Shown: positions 19,069-32,322 of the stretch, in pieces
How the letters are laid out: each line of letters opens with the position of its first letter
Numbering within the stretch: position 1 is the stretch's first letter
Assembly: GCF_009914755.1 (NCBI RefSeq)
Contig: NC_060934.1
Source of the DNA: the human T2T-CHM13v2.0 reference genome, Homo sapiens
Reading direction: 5' to 3' (one strand)
DNA length: 64,000 bases
Program-made: the position numbers and the translations under genes
The notes under the pieces: generated by a model
What the model was told of the DNA's origin: nothing
Seen by the model: only the letters and a program-made list of their open reading frames with translations
Database searches by the model: none

Positions 19069-20058
19069 AGGGAGAAGGAGGCAGAGATTGCAGTAAGCCA
19101 AGATCGTGCCATTGCGCTCCAGCCTGGGTGACAGAGCGAGACTGTCTCAAAAAAATAATAATAATTAATAAATATGAAAGAGAAATAAACGGAGCTCTGA
19201 ATGGGCTCTAATTTGATGTTTCTATCTATGCCTTGATTCATTTCTACTGTTTTTTTAGCCCCCTCCTGCCTTGCTTTTGTTTTACAGTCTAAGCACAGAG
19301 GGTACACTTGGAGAAGCATTTGGATGAAATCTGGTAAGAAACCAGTTGAAGTATATCGAGCAGCCCAACCCCAGGACACCCATATAAATCTAGAATGTAA
19401 CCTTTGGAAAACGCTGACCTTGTAAATTAACCAGAAACATCAAAGAAGGAGATTATACTGTGTACATTCAGAATGCAAAAGAAAGAGCCATCTTTACTTG
19501 TGAAACAATGACCTTTGTTCTGCATCTGTGTTATGATGAATTCTCGAGTCTGATGAGGTGAGACTCCGTAGTTCTCAGTAGTTGGGTCCTAATGAGCTGG
19601 ATTTTCCATATTGTCTAATCCACTTTGTCTATAGCTAGGTGCTTAGGGAGGCCACTCGAAGTCTATTAGATTGGAATGCTAAAAAACAGGTCCCCTGTGA
19701 CCTAAGAGAGATAATATATCTCACTCATTAGGGGTACAACTAGGTTCCTGGCTTACTGGAAAAAAAAAGATTCTTATTATTTATATATTTTTATTTAATT
19801 TTTAAACTGAACTTTAGGTGTCTTTATTAACACTGAAAAGAATATCCTTATAAATAAAATGACAGCTCTGTAAAAAAAAAATCAGTTGGCATTGAAACTG
19901 GTGGATTATACTCATTCTTTACCTACAGACATATTACTAATGTTTTTATCTCATTGTAGATGACTTACAGGCATGTTACTAATGTTTTTAATCTCATTAT
20001 AAACCACTTGTTGGCAAGAGTTAGACATACATTTTTATAGATGCTAAAAATGTAGCAT

Positions 20059-20337
20059 TGGGCACAGTGGCTTACGCCTGTAATCCAAGTATTTTGGGAA
20101 GTCGAGGCTGGAGGATCACTTGAGGCCAGCAGTTACAGACCAGCCTGGGCAACATAGCAAGACCCTGTCTCTACTTAAAAAAATTAAAAGGTTTAGCTGG
20201 GTATGGTGGTATGTGTGTGTAGTCCTAGGTACTTGGGAGACTGGGGCTGGAGGATTGAGCCCACGAGTTAGAGGCTACAGTGAGCTATGATTGTGCCACT
20301 GTACTCCAGCCTAGGTGAGATCCTTTCTCTTAAAAAA

Positions 20338-20377
<40 letters not shown>

Positions 20378-20378
20378 G
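20059..20378 (+). mobile_element. AluJ followed by (CA)n
   Basis: GGAGGATCACTTGAGGCCAG, GCTATGATTGTGCCAC; CA repeat at 20341-20378. Confidence 0.88.
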
Positions 20379-20685
20379 CAATTCATTATATGATCTAGTG
20401 GTAAAAAGGCTTAAAAATTGGAAACATAAACACATGTAATTCATTATATGATCTAGTGGTAAAAAAGGTTTAAAAACTGGAACTATAAAGAGCAGAAAAT
20501 GAGTCTCCTCTTTGCCCTAGATCACTTCTTGTTTCAATTTTCAGTGTTCCTGAGCTTTCCTTTCCAGTTTTCCCTCTGTTCCTGAATAGTAACCATTGTT
20601 AGCTGTTTCATGTGAATCTTTCCCAAACTCTATCTACACACACACACACACTGCATCTGGATCATGATGCATATATATATATGAT

Positions 20686-21098
20686 TGTGATTGTCAGTTT
20701 TATGTGTCAACTTGGCTAAGGTACAGTTTCCACTAATTCAATCAACACTAACCTGGGTGTGTTGCTGTAAAGGCATTTTTGTAGATGTGATTAAAATCCA
20801 TATTCTGTTGATTTTGAGTAAGGGAGATGATCCTAGATAATCTGGATGGGCCTGATTCAGTCATTTGAAAGTTCTTAAGAGCAGACTTGAGTCTTCCCTG
20901 AAGAAAAAGGAATTCTGCCTATGGATAGCGGCATCAGTTCGTGCCTGACAGTTCCAGACTTCTCTCCCTGATGGCCTGCTCTGTGGTTCTCAGACTGCCT
21001 AGCCAGTCTGACAGTTGGATACACATATTCCTTGCAATAAATCTCTTAACATGTATTTCCTACTGATTTTGTTTCTTTAGTTGAACCATGACTGATAT
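20686..21098 (+). mobile_element. ERVL LTR (MLT2D/E-like), solo
   Basis: TGTGATTGTCAGTTTTATGTGTCAACTTGGCTA...AATAAATCTC...GAACCATGACTGATA. Confidence 0.8.
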
Positions 21099-22419
21099 AT
21101 ATAAATATTTCTACGGCTTGTTTTTTCACTAACAATGTGTCTTAGAGATGGCTTGAACCATGTCTGGCATATTATATTTCTGTAGCTTGCTTTTTCACTA
21201 ACAATGTATTTCAGAGATGGCATATTTAACTGCTGCATAGTGTCACAAAAAATGTCCCACAATAAGGATATAGCATAGCTTATCTAATCATTCTGTTACG
21301 GTGGATATGTGAGTTGTTCACATTCAAATTTAAATTAGATTTAAATTTATTTTCACTTGCTACTTTGAAAATTGGCTCAAATGTCTTTTTGCATCCAGCA
21401 TTGTAATGATAAAATCTAATATCAATCTGATTCTTCCTCTTTTGCAGGTAATTATTTTCCTTCTTTGAAGGCTTTGAAGATATTGTTCTTACCCTTTAAT
21501 ATTTCACAAGAACTTATCTATGGTTGTTTTCATCTGGATCAATTTTCAGTAGTCTTTACAGAAGGAGCAGGGTTGAAAAAAATAAAAACATTTCAGTAGT
21601 CCCTTTCAATCTGAAGACTCATGTCTTTTGATATTCTTGGAAATATTCTTCTATCATTACTTTTATTATTATTTTTTCAATACTTTCTGTTCTGTCCTGG
21701 AACTCTAGTTAGATGGTTGCAAGACCTTCTGGAATTCTCCCTCAAGCCTTAGTTTTTATTTTGTGTTTACCACCCATTCATTCCATTGCACTGCATTTAG
21801 GGCAAGGTAATCAGTTTGATCTTTCAGCTTTGTGAACATGCTCTTCAGTCATGTCCATTCTATCACTCAGCCCTGGTACTGAGTTTCATTTTAATAGTGA
21901 GTGGTATTTTTCTATTTCTAAGATCTCAAATTGTTTTCATAGTTGTATTTTTATAGTTACGATATCCTCCTGAGGATATTAATTTTACTTTTATTAAAGG
22001 CTCATTTTGTTTGCTCTAGTAACCTTTTTCCCTAGGGAGTTACTTCTGTTGATTAAGTTGAGTATGTATCTTTTATGAGATTGGTTTTCCTCATCTGTGT
22101 GGTAATTGTTGGCTTAGGTCTTGTATTTGTGTGAGGTCTGTCTCCAAGGATGTGGAGGAGGAACCAGATGTGTTACTGGATGAGGAATGCCAGGTCCGCA
22201 TCCTTAGGGGGTGCTCCTTGGACTGCTTCGACAATGCCATTCACAAAGGCCCTGCCCTGCCTCTCCACCTTAAAAACCCACACTTTTCTCCAACCTGAAG
22301 CAGATGCCTCAGCTACCTGCTACTGACAAAATGGGGAGGTCTGTGGGGCAGGGGGAAGGGAATCAATCCATCTAGCTAGTCATTATAGATAACAATTTTG
22401 TCCCAGGGCTCCTCTTTTC

Positions 22420-22920
22420 AATTTTAATTTTTTTCCCAATTAAAAAATGGTAAAATACACATAACATAAAATTTACAATCTTAATCATTTCTAAATGTAC
22501 TGTCCAGTGGCATAAGGTTGCGCAACCATCACCCCCATCCATCTCCAGACCACTCATCTTGCAAAACGGAAACTCTGTATCTCTTAAGCCACTCCTTATT
22601 CCTTCCTGTCCCCAGCCCCCATCTAACCATCATTCTTCTGTCTATCTCTATGATTTTGACTACTCTAAATAAATACCTCAGACAAGTGGAATCATACAGT
22701 ATTTGTCTTTCTGTGATTGGCTTATTTCAGTTAGCATGATATCCTCAAGTTTCATCCGTGTGTTAGCCTATGTGAGAATTTTCTTCCTATAATGGCTGAA
22801 TGATATTCTATTGTGTGTATATACCACATTTTGCATATCCCTCAAACACTGACAGACACTTGAGTTGCTTCCATGTTTTAGCTGTTGTGACTAACGCTGT
22901 TATAAACATGGGCGTACAAA
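22420..22920 (-). mobile_element. L1MB 3' end
   Basis: GTAAAATACACATAACATAAAATTTAC...GTGGAATCATACAGTATTTGTC. Confidence 0.85.
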
Positions 22921-25079
22921 ACTCATGGCTCTCAAGCCCCTGTTTCCCATCCTTGACTTGAGGATTTGGTCAGGGGAGAGCGGCGCAGATTCTTTGGTGC
23001 CTATTTTGCTGGTACTGTAAAAGGGAGAGCTACATGACATAAACCCTATTTTTTCTTAAAATTTTCATTGTGTGGTATTTGCATGTACAATAAAAATTGG
23101 AGGGTGTGTAAACTTTAATAGAACTAAAAGAATCTCAGGACAAAATGGCTGCTTAGTTACATCCTGATAATTTAGCCTAGGACAAGAACACAGGAAGTTT
23201 GTTTGTGTCATTTGTACCAATAAATCAAGCCCTTTACATTCGGTCATTTCAGGAGTAGCATTGTGCACTGTCAGGGGGCACAGGCTCCATAGTCAGGCAC
23301 CTGTGTTCACATCCTGGGTCGACAGTGCCTTAGGTGTGTAACTTTGGACAAGTTAAATGGGGTAGTAGAGTACCTGCCTCTGAGGAGCTTAGGTAGTGCT
23401 GGTACTTTGTAAGAAGTCAATAAATTATAAGTGTTGTTTTCTAAACAGCAAAATAACTATGTTAGTATTTATAATGTTTAGAACAATTGTTTTAGTTATA
23501 GGAAGGCTTTCTGATCTTTACTTTTATGCCAGACCAGTGAAACTGACTCATCTAGAAATAGTTTCTGAGGTTTTTGTGCTTTGCCCTGGCTGAGCTCTCT
23601 CCTTCCAGCACAATCCCTGGGAAGGTTGGGATGGGGTAGGGACAGATAGCTTATGCTATGGCAGCCTCCTAGAATGTGGACAATCTGCAGTGCTTTCCGA
23701 GCTTGAAGATTCAAGTTGTGACACATTCTGCATTTTCTTTCAGCAGTGTGTAGTCTGAATTTGAGGTCTTTACATATATTTCTCCGTTTTGACTCTTTAG
23801 TACACAAGTCTACCAAAGGAACAAAATATCTTGCCACGGCACCACTACAGCTAATAAAAGAAAGAGACTTCAGAACTTTAAATTTAATTTCAAAAATTAG
23901 ATATCTAGAAATAGTCTATTAGGCAAGGCAGTAGTTTTATTTTTTTCCCCAATGACAGTACACTGCACACAAATACATTTAAATAATTACAATTTTTAAA
24001 ACTTTCCAGAGTGAAGCTCTGAAAGTGACAACATTCAGGCACTAACTTTGATAATGGGCAATTTAAACAACATATGGGAACATTTAGAAAAATCTGTAAG
24101 TCAATGATCAAAATTAATTCATTAGACATTTAGATTTCTGTCATGTACTTGCATAAGTGTTGCCTTATTCTGTGGGGCCAGTGGTTCTTTTGGTGACACA
24201 CCATGTCGCAGCTGGAAAACATTACTATTTTCTGTACTTGTCAAAAATGTTTTGTAATCATTACCCTAATTATATATATGTGTGTGTGCATGTGTGTGTG
24301 CGTGTGTGTGTGTATATATATATAGTACTGAATCACGGTAAATAAAACATTCATAATAAAGTGAATTATTGGTGTGAAATGAACTGCATTTTAAAACAAA
24401 AATAAATATGAGTTGGATCTTGAGCTGAGTAGCAATTTTAAATTAAAAGCCATACAGAAATAAATGACAGCAATTTGATTTTGCTTTCTTGAATCGTCAC
24501 ACAACAGTTTTATATATTTTTAGTATCTAAAAAGCATAAGCTATATCTTAGACTTCACAGTTCACTTCTAAGAGCTGGTAATAATTTGTCATCAACACAA
24601 ACTAATTAACCAATAAAAGTATTCTGAAGTGTTTAGTCTAATTATATTGTTGCAGCTAAGTCAGTTGTAAGACCTCCATTTTTGGCAGTTGTGTTTAGTA
24701 TGAAAATAATCTTTGTCATACTTTCAGGACTTTAAAAATTTTGTGAATAACTGTTGACATTTTTTAATATTAGAGCTAAAGAATTTTACAGATAGTAGGG
24801 AGCTAGGCAGTTATCTGGGCTACCTCTTTTATTTTACATAAAACTTTGGAGGTTACAGAGAAGAGCTTAAATGGTTTATTCCTGGTGATTGGGATCTGTT
24901 ATTCCTACTTCACTTCTCTATATTTTTCCCTCTTTATTTTTAGCAAAGAAAGTTCTGCAACACTGATGGCTTTATTTTTGTCTATTTTTATGCCATAGCT
25001 AATAGAGTATGCGTCTTGGTTTGCTAAATGTACTTTCTTTTGGCTATTCAGTAGAAATACTTGTCTCGAGTCTATAACT

Positions 25080-26120
25080 TGTTGATGGAAAGAAACTTCA
25101 AACTCTGTAAAGTATTTTAAAGAGGTTTATTCTAAGGCAATATGAGTGGCCATAGCCCAGGGAACGGTCTTGAGAACTTCTGAGAAAGAGTGCCCTAGGC
25201 AATTGGGTTACAATTTGGTTTTATACATTTTAGGGAGATGGGAATTGCAGGTAAAATACTAAATTAATACATGGAGGGTAAACATTTGCTCAGCCCAAAG
25301 AGGTGGGATATCTTGAAGCGGGCAGTGAGATGAGGGGTGGGGTGGGGAGGATTACAGGTCATAGGTGGATTCAGAGATTTTTCTGGTTGGCAATTGGTTG
25401 AGAAAGAGTTAAGCTTTGTCTAAAGACTTGAAGTCAGTAGGAAAAAAATGCTTGAGTTAAGATAAGGGGGCTTATGGAAACCAAAGTTCTTGTTAAGTAG
25501 ATAAAGTCTCACAGGTAGCAGGCTTCAGAGAGAATAGATAGTAAATGTCTCTTTTTGTATCTTTAAAGGTATCAGATGCTTGGTTAATCTCTCCTAGATC
25601 CAGGAAAGGCCTGCAAAGGGAAGGCCTGTCTGCATTAATGGAGATTCTCTACAGATGCAAATTTCCCCCACAAAGACAGCTTTGTGGGGCAATTTCATAA
25701 TATGTCAAATAAATATATTTTGGGTTAAAATATTTTGATTTCTCTCTGGGTCTGCTATGTGTCACGCAATCCTACACCAGAGTCAGGTTGGAATTTGGTA
25801 GCTTATTGCCACAAAGAGTCTGTTTTTTCAGTCTTGTGATCTCTATTTTAATTTTATTTAAATTTATTTTAAGTACTTTAATTTTATTATTTTTATTAAT
25901 AAAAGTTATTACTTTTATTTTATTAAATTAATTTATTTTAAAATTTATTGTAATGTTGGTCAGTTGTGTCTAAACTCCAAAAGGGAGGGGGTATAATGAG
26001 GTGTGTCCAACCTCCTTTAATGTCATTAATTCAGTTTTTCAGATTTCTCTGGGGTCCCCTTGGCCAAGAGGGAATCCATTTAGTCAGTTGGTGGGGGCTT
26101 AGGAATTTATTTTGTTTACA
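25080..26120 (-). mobile_element. ERV1 solo LTR (MER4D-like)
   Basis: Minus strand begins TGTAAAC...AAATTCCTAAGCCCCC...CTCTTGGCCAAGGGGACCCCAGAG; TG...CA ends; AT-rich insertion at ~25850-25950. Confidence 0.85.
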
Positions 26121-26289
26121 AACCTATTAAACTTTCAGTGGCCTTCAGAGAAATAGTCCTTATCCTGATGGCTGTCTTCTTATGTTTACGGTACCACCAG
26201 CTGATTAATTTACTTAAAATAATTAGAACTCTCTTGGGTATAGTGAAGGAAAATCTTTTTTTTAATAAAATCACTTTAAAAAGTAATTC

Positions 26290-26929
<640 letters not shown>

Positions 26930-27524
26930 GTAATTTATTAAATATATACTATGGACTCTTATAAAACAATGTAGCTTCTGGAAGATGTGGGGGATAGCTG
27001 GGCCTCAAGGACACCTGGAACCAAGCCTTGTTTGCCCACAAGATTCTTATGGTTTATCTGTTTGTTTGTTTGTTTGTTTTTCTGCCTGTCTTGGCTTCCT
27101 TCTTTTTGAAAACAGGTGAATTTTTCTCCAAAAGTCTGCTAGGAGACCGGAGTTTGAATCGTTAAGCGTTTCACAAGTCCAGTTGTAAAATTCTAGGAAA
27201 AGGACACTGATTGGCTTAGCATGGACCATGTGCCTGCTTAAAGACCAGTCAACTGATGCAAGGAAATGAATTACTACCGTAACAACATCTTGGCTCAGGG
27301 GACCACTCTTGGAGGTCAGTCAGTTGTATCCAGGAAGTGGGGTCATAGCAGTTTCTGTCATAACCATGTGTGAGATTAGCCAAATTACTTCAAAGTTTCT
27401 GTGCCTCCATTCCTTCATCTGTAAAATGGGATCTAATTGTTCCCCTCTCATAGAGTTCTTTCATCATTCTTTGTAATAGTGCAAACCTGAAACCTGAAAA
27501 CAATGTAATATAGACATTCATTAC

Positions 27525-27930
27525 TGTATTAGGCTGGTTTGTGCATTGCTATAAAGAAATACCTGAGACTGGATAATTTATAAAGAAAAGAGGTTTAATT
27601 GGCCTATGGTTCCACAGGCTGTACAGGAAGCATAACACAGCGTGTGCTTCTGGGGAGTCCTCATGAAGCTTACAATTGTGGTAGAAGGTGAAGGGGAAGC
27701 AGGCATCTCACATGGTGGGAACAGGTGTGAGACAGAGAGAGAGAGATGCCATCCTTTTAAACAGTCAGATCTTGCGGGAAGTCACTCACTGTGGCAAGGA
27801 CAGCACCAAGGGGATGATGCTAAGCCATTCATGAGAAATCCAGCCCGACGATCCCATCATCTCCCACCAGCCTGCACCTCCAATACTGGGGATTACAGTT
27901 TAAACATGGGGTTGAATTACAAAGGGACAA
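27525..27930 (-). mobile_element. MaLR LTR (MST-type)
   Basis: TGTATTAGGCTGG...GCTATAAAGAAATACCTGAGACTGG...CATTCATGAGAAATCC. Confidence 0.85.
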
Positions 27931-28269
27931 GTTAAAGAAGTTGGTGGACTCAAGCAGTTGACTGCTATGCAGCCAAAATATATGTTCCCAACAGAAGGTG
28001 AGCTGCTTCCTACAATACACGTGACCATTTTCCCCGGTCCCTCTAGTTTGCAAAGGTGAGGGCAGAGCTCAACCTGGAGTGTAGAGCCTGAGACAGAGGG
28101 ACCATGCTACATGTGTCCTAATGGGAAAGGGCTCTTCTTGAGTAAAAAGGTGGTTACTGAGTTTTGCTTTCTCCTATAGAGGAAAGATGAGCAAAAACAG
28201 GGAGATGGGGACCTGGAGAAGAGAGGGTGCAGAAGTGGCCAGGTGGGGACACCTGTGATGGTAGTGGGG

Positions 28270-28594
28270 GGATTTGTTGGCAAACTACAGCTTGTAGGCC
28301 AAATCCAGCCCACTGCCTGATTTTGCACGGCCTAGGAGTGAAGAATGGTTTTTACATAAAATAGTTGAGAAATGTTTGAAAAAGAATATTTCATGACTTG
28401 GGAACATTATATGAAATTCAAATGTTAGTGTCCATAAGTAAAGCTTTATTGGAAAGTGCCAGACCCCTGCACTTACGTATTGTCTAGGGCTGTTTTCCCC
28501 TGTGCAGAGTTGAAGAGTTTGACAGAGACCATATGGCTTCCAAAGCCTAAAATATTAACTGTGTGACCCTTTACTGAAAATGTTTGCTGACCCC
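28270..28594 (+). mobile_element. MER58B (hAT-Charlie MITE)
   Basis: GTTGGCAAACTACAGC...GGCCAAATCCAGCCCACTGCC...GTTTGCTGACCCC with terminal inverted ends. Confidence 0.85.
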
Positions 28595-29699
28595 ATCCTT
28601 ATGGTATAATGCGTGGATTTTTGGAAGAGTAAAACAAATGTAACATTTGCCAAGCACTCATTCTTGCCCAGCAGGGCTATAAGCTCTTCTCATGTATGTA
28701 ATAGAATTCTGTGAACAACCCTATATGGCAGGTACCATTATTATCTTCATTTCACAAATGAGAAAATTGAGACACTTCAGTAGTTTTCTCAAAGTCAGGC
28801 CATTAGTGAGTAGAAAAGCTGGGATACGAACCTAGGCTGTCCAGTTCCAGAGCAATAATCTGGTTTCACTTTCTGTGATGTAATTCCTGCCAGTTATCCC
28901 TCAAAAATACCAGTATCACTATGCAAACCATCACTTACTTGATCAGTCTTGCTGTGGAGAAAGGGATTGGGCTGTGCCTACACTTGGGGTGCAATGGGAG
29001 AGGACGCAATGGGAGGGGACAGTAGACTTGAGGAGTGGCACCAGTTCACTCCTGGGCTTTACATTCAATGGCATCACAGAATGGAGGAAATCATTGTGTG
29101 TGTGTGTACATAGAAAATGTCTAGTAGGTTTCACCCCAAACTGCAAACAGTATTTGCCCTTTAGGAGTGAAATGGATAATATAGAATTAGGAGATGTCTA
29201 AATTTTAATCCTATGCTGTTTGAAATTTTAAGTGAGGTTGTAGTCTTTGTAATGCTATTTTCAGAAACCCACAAAATATGGTGAAAAGAACTCTCTGGTC
29301 TGGTTTTCCCTTTTGTGAGGTAAATTGACTTAACTCTCCTTCAAGTGTCTTAGGTATTGAGAAGCGGTAGATAGATTATTTAATAATCCATTTCCCCAGG
29401 ATGGCACCTAGAGAAAAAGAAGATTATCCAGCCACCAAGAAATGCCCAGTTCCTCTATTTCGGATGAACCTGACTTAATCAGGAGTAGAAGGCACCTTTC
29501 TTCTTTTCAGAGTTACACAGGGGCCCTGGGTTTCCTGTTGACATGAAGATATTCGCATCCTTCACAAACAGCTTGTCATCTGTTCCACTTTCTGCTCTTA
29601 GAGGTGAAATAGGAAGTTTCTTCTTTCTTCAAAAGATTAAGGAAACCACTGTTTCCCTTTTGAAATGGGGAAAGATGTGTGACATCTTCATGCCCTCAG

Positions 29700-30152
29700 T
29701 GTCAGTCCTCTGAGCCTAAGCTAAGCCATAGCATCTCCTGTGACCTGCACTTATACGCCCAGATGGCCTGAAGTAACTGAAGAATCACAAAAGAAGTGAA
29801 AATGGCCTGTTCCTGCCTTAACTGATAACATTCCACCACAAAAGAAGTGAAAATGGCCGGTCCTTGCCTTAACTGATGACATTACCTTGTAAAATTCCTT
29901 TTCCTGTCTCATCCTGGCTCAAAAAGCTCCCCCACTGAGCACCTTGTGACCCCTACCCCTGCCAGCCAGAGAACAACCCCCTTTGACTGTAATTTTCCTT
30001 TACCTACCCAAATCCTATAAAACAGCCCCACCCCTATCTCCCGTCATTGACTCTCTTTTCTGACTCAGCCCGCCTGCACCCAGGTGAAATAAACAGCCTT
30101 GTTGCTCACACAAAGCCTGTTTGGTGGTCTCTTCACACGGACGTGCATGAGA
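29700..30152 (+). promoter_or_regulatory. 5' LTR (LTR7 family)
   Basis: TGTCAG..CATGAGA; two tandem ~49-bp repeats containing CACAAAAGAAGTGAAA; TATAAAA 30016-30022; GC/GT box GCCCCACCCC 30025-30034; AATAAA 30088-30093. Confidence 0.96.
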
Positions 30153-30154
30153 TT

Positions 30155-30172
30155 TGGTGCTGTGACTCAGAT
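30155..30172 (+). other. Primer-binding site for tRNA-His
   Basis: TGGTGCTGTGACTCAGAT versus expected TGGTGCCGTGACTCGGAT; both mismatches are CpG-decay type. Confidence 0.93.
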
Positions 30173-30298
30173 CGGGGGACCTCCCCTTGGGAGATCAATC
30201 CGCTGTCCTCCTGTTCTTTGCTCCATGAGAAAGATCCACCTACGACCTCGGGTCCTTAGACTGATCAGCCCAAGGAACTCATCTCACCAATTTCAAAT

Positions 30299-30307
30299 CG
30301 GGTAAGT
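30299..30307 (+). promoter_or_regulatory. HERV-H major 5' splice donor
   Basis: CGG|GTAAGT about 150 nt downstream of the 5' LTR. Confidence 0.8.
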
Positions 30308-30732
30308 GGCCTCTTTTTACTCTCTTCTCCAACCTCCCTCACTATCCCTCAACCTCTTTCTCCTTTCAATCTTGGCTCCACACTTCAACCTCTCCCTTCT
30401 CTTAATTTCAATTCTTTTCATTTTCTGGTAGAGACAAAGGAGACACATTTTATCCGTGGACCCAAAACTCCAGTGCCGGTCATGAACTTGGGAAGCCAGC
30501 CTTCCCATGGTGTTTAATCATTGTGGGGACACCTCTCTGATTATTCACCCACATTCGATTGGTGTCTGATCTCCACGGGGACGCCTACCTTGATCATTCA
30601 CCCACATTCCCTTGGTGGCAAGTCAATCGCGGGGACGCCTGCTTTGGCTGCTCACCCACGTTGCAGCCCAGGGCTGCTCCCCACCCCCTTTTCCATGTCT
30701 CTACCCTTCTCTTTAAACTTGCCTCCTTCACT

Positions 30733-32322
30733 ATGGGCAAACCTTCCACCCTCCATTCCTCCTTCTTCTCCCTTTGCCTGTGTTCTTAAGAACTCAAAAC
30801 CTCTTCAACTCCTGCCTGACCTGAAATCTAAGTGTCTTATTTTCTTCTGCAACACCGCTTGGCCCCAATACAAACTTGACAATGGCTCTAAATGGCCGGA
30901 AAATGGCACTTTTGATTTCTCCATCCTACAAGACCTAAATAATTTTTGTCAAAAAATGGGCAAATGGTGCCTTACATCCAGGCATTTTTTCACACTTCAT
31001 TCCCTCCCTAGTCTCTGTTCCCAATGCGATTCCTCCCAAATCCTCCTCCTTTCCCTCCCGCCTGTCCCCTCAGTCCCAACCCCAAGCGTCGCTGAGTCTT
31101 TCCAGTCTTCCTTATCTACAGACCCATCTGACCTCTCCCCTCCTCCCCAGGCTGCTCGTCGCCAGGCCAAGCTAAGTCCCAATTCTTCCTCAGCCTCCGC
31201 TCCTCTGTCCTATAATCCTTCTACCACCCCCCCTCCTCACACCCGGTCCGGCTTACAGTTTAGTTCTGCGACTAGCTCCTCCCCACCTGCCCAACAATTT
31301 CCTCTTAGAGAGGTGGCTGGAGCTGAAGGCATAGTCAGGGTACATGTACCTTTTTCTCTATCAGACCTCTCTCGGATCAGTCAGCATTTAGGCTCTTTCT
31401 CATCAGACCCCACTAAATGTATACAATAATTCCAATATCTAACTCTGTCCTGCAATTTAACCTGGAGTGACTTAAATGTCATCCTGACTTCTACCCTCTC
31501 CCCAGATGAACGGGAAAGAGTTTTTTCTCTAGCCCAATCTCACGCTGATAACAACCGGCTTCACGAGCCAGACCTCCAGGAAGGCGTTAGAGCAGTTCCC
31601 CGAGAGGATCCCCAGTGGAACTATCAGGCAGATTCCCCAGGTACAGCTAGGCGAGATTACATGATTTCCTGCCTAGTTGAAGGGCTTAAAAAGGCAGCTT
31701 ACAAAGCTGTTAATTATGACAAGCTTAAAGAAACTACCCAAGGTAAAGACGAAAACCCAGCCCAGTTCATGGCCTGCTTAGCAGCAACCTTTAGACGCTA
31801 TACTGCCCTAGACCCAGAAAGGCCAGAAGGCCGCCTTATTTTTAATATGCATTTTATCACCCAAACCACTCCTGACATTAGGAAAAAACTTCAAAAATTA
31901 GAATCTGGCCCTCAAACCCCACAACAGGAATTAATCAACCTCGCCTTCAAGGTGTACAATAATAGGAGGTAGCCAGACAGCAACACATTTCTGAGTTACA
32001 GCTACTTGCCTCCGCTGTAAGACAGCCCACAACCACGTCTCCAGCATACAAGAACTTCAGAACATCCAAGCCACAGCTCCCAGGGGCTCCTTCAAAACAT
32101 CCTCATGGGCCTTGCTTCAAATGCCAAAAGCCTGGCCACTGGGCCAAGAAATGCCCACAGCCCGGGATTCCTCCTAGGCCGTGCCGTGTCTGTGCGGGCC
32201 CCCACTGGAGGTCGGACTGTCCGACTCACATTGCCGCCGCTCCTAAAGCCCCTGGAGCCCAAATCCAATGTTCCTTGGCTGACTCCTTCCCAGATCTCCT
32301 CGGCTTAGCGGCTGAAGACTGA
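30733..32322 (+). pseudogene. gag: HERV-H gag, disrupted
   Basis: ATGGGC start at 30733; FFCNTAWPQYKLDNGSKWPENGT (MA-like); TQGKDENPAQF (MHR); zinc knuckle CFKCQKPGHWAKKC at 32113-32154 and CRVCAGPHWRSDC at 32182-32220; ends LLGLAAED-TGA; internal stops and frameshifts. Confidence 0.93.

Noticed and set aside
19530-19560. ATGATGA...CTGA resembling snoRNA C/D boxes
   Set aside because: Boxes only ~10 nt apart with no convincing terminal stem; chance match.
25655-25662. Octamer ATGCAAAT in the MER4D-like LTR
   Set aside because: Single 8-mer, probably part of the family consensus; no independent evidence of function.
30521-31429. 302-aa ORF as an intact Gag
   Set aside because: Non-ATG start in the leader, out of frame with the gag ATG at 30733, drifts across frameshifts and stops at 31429; part of a broken gag.
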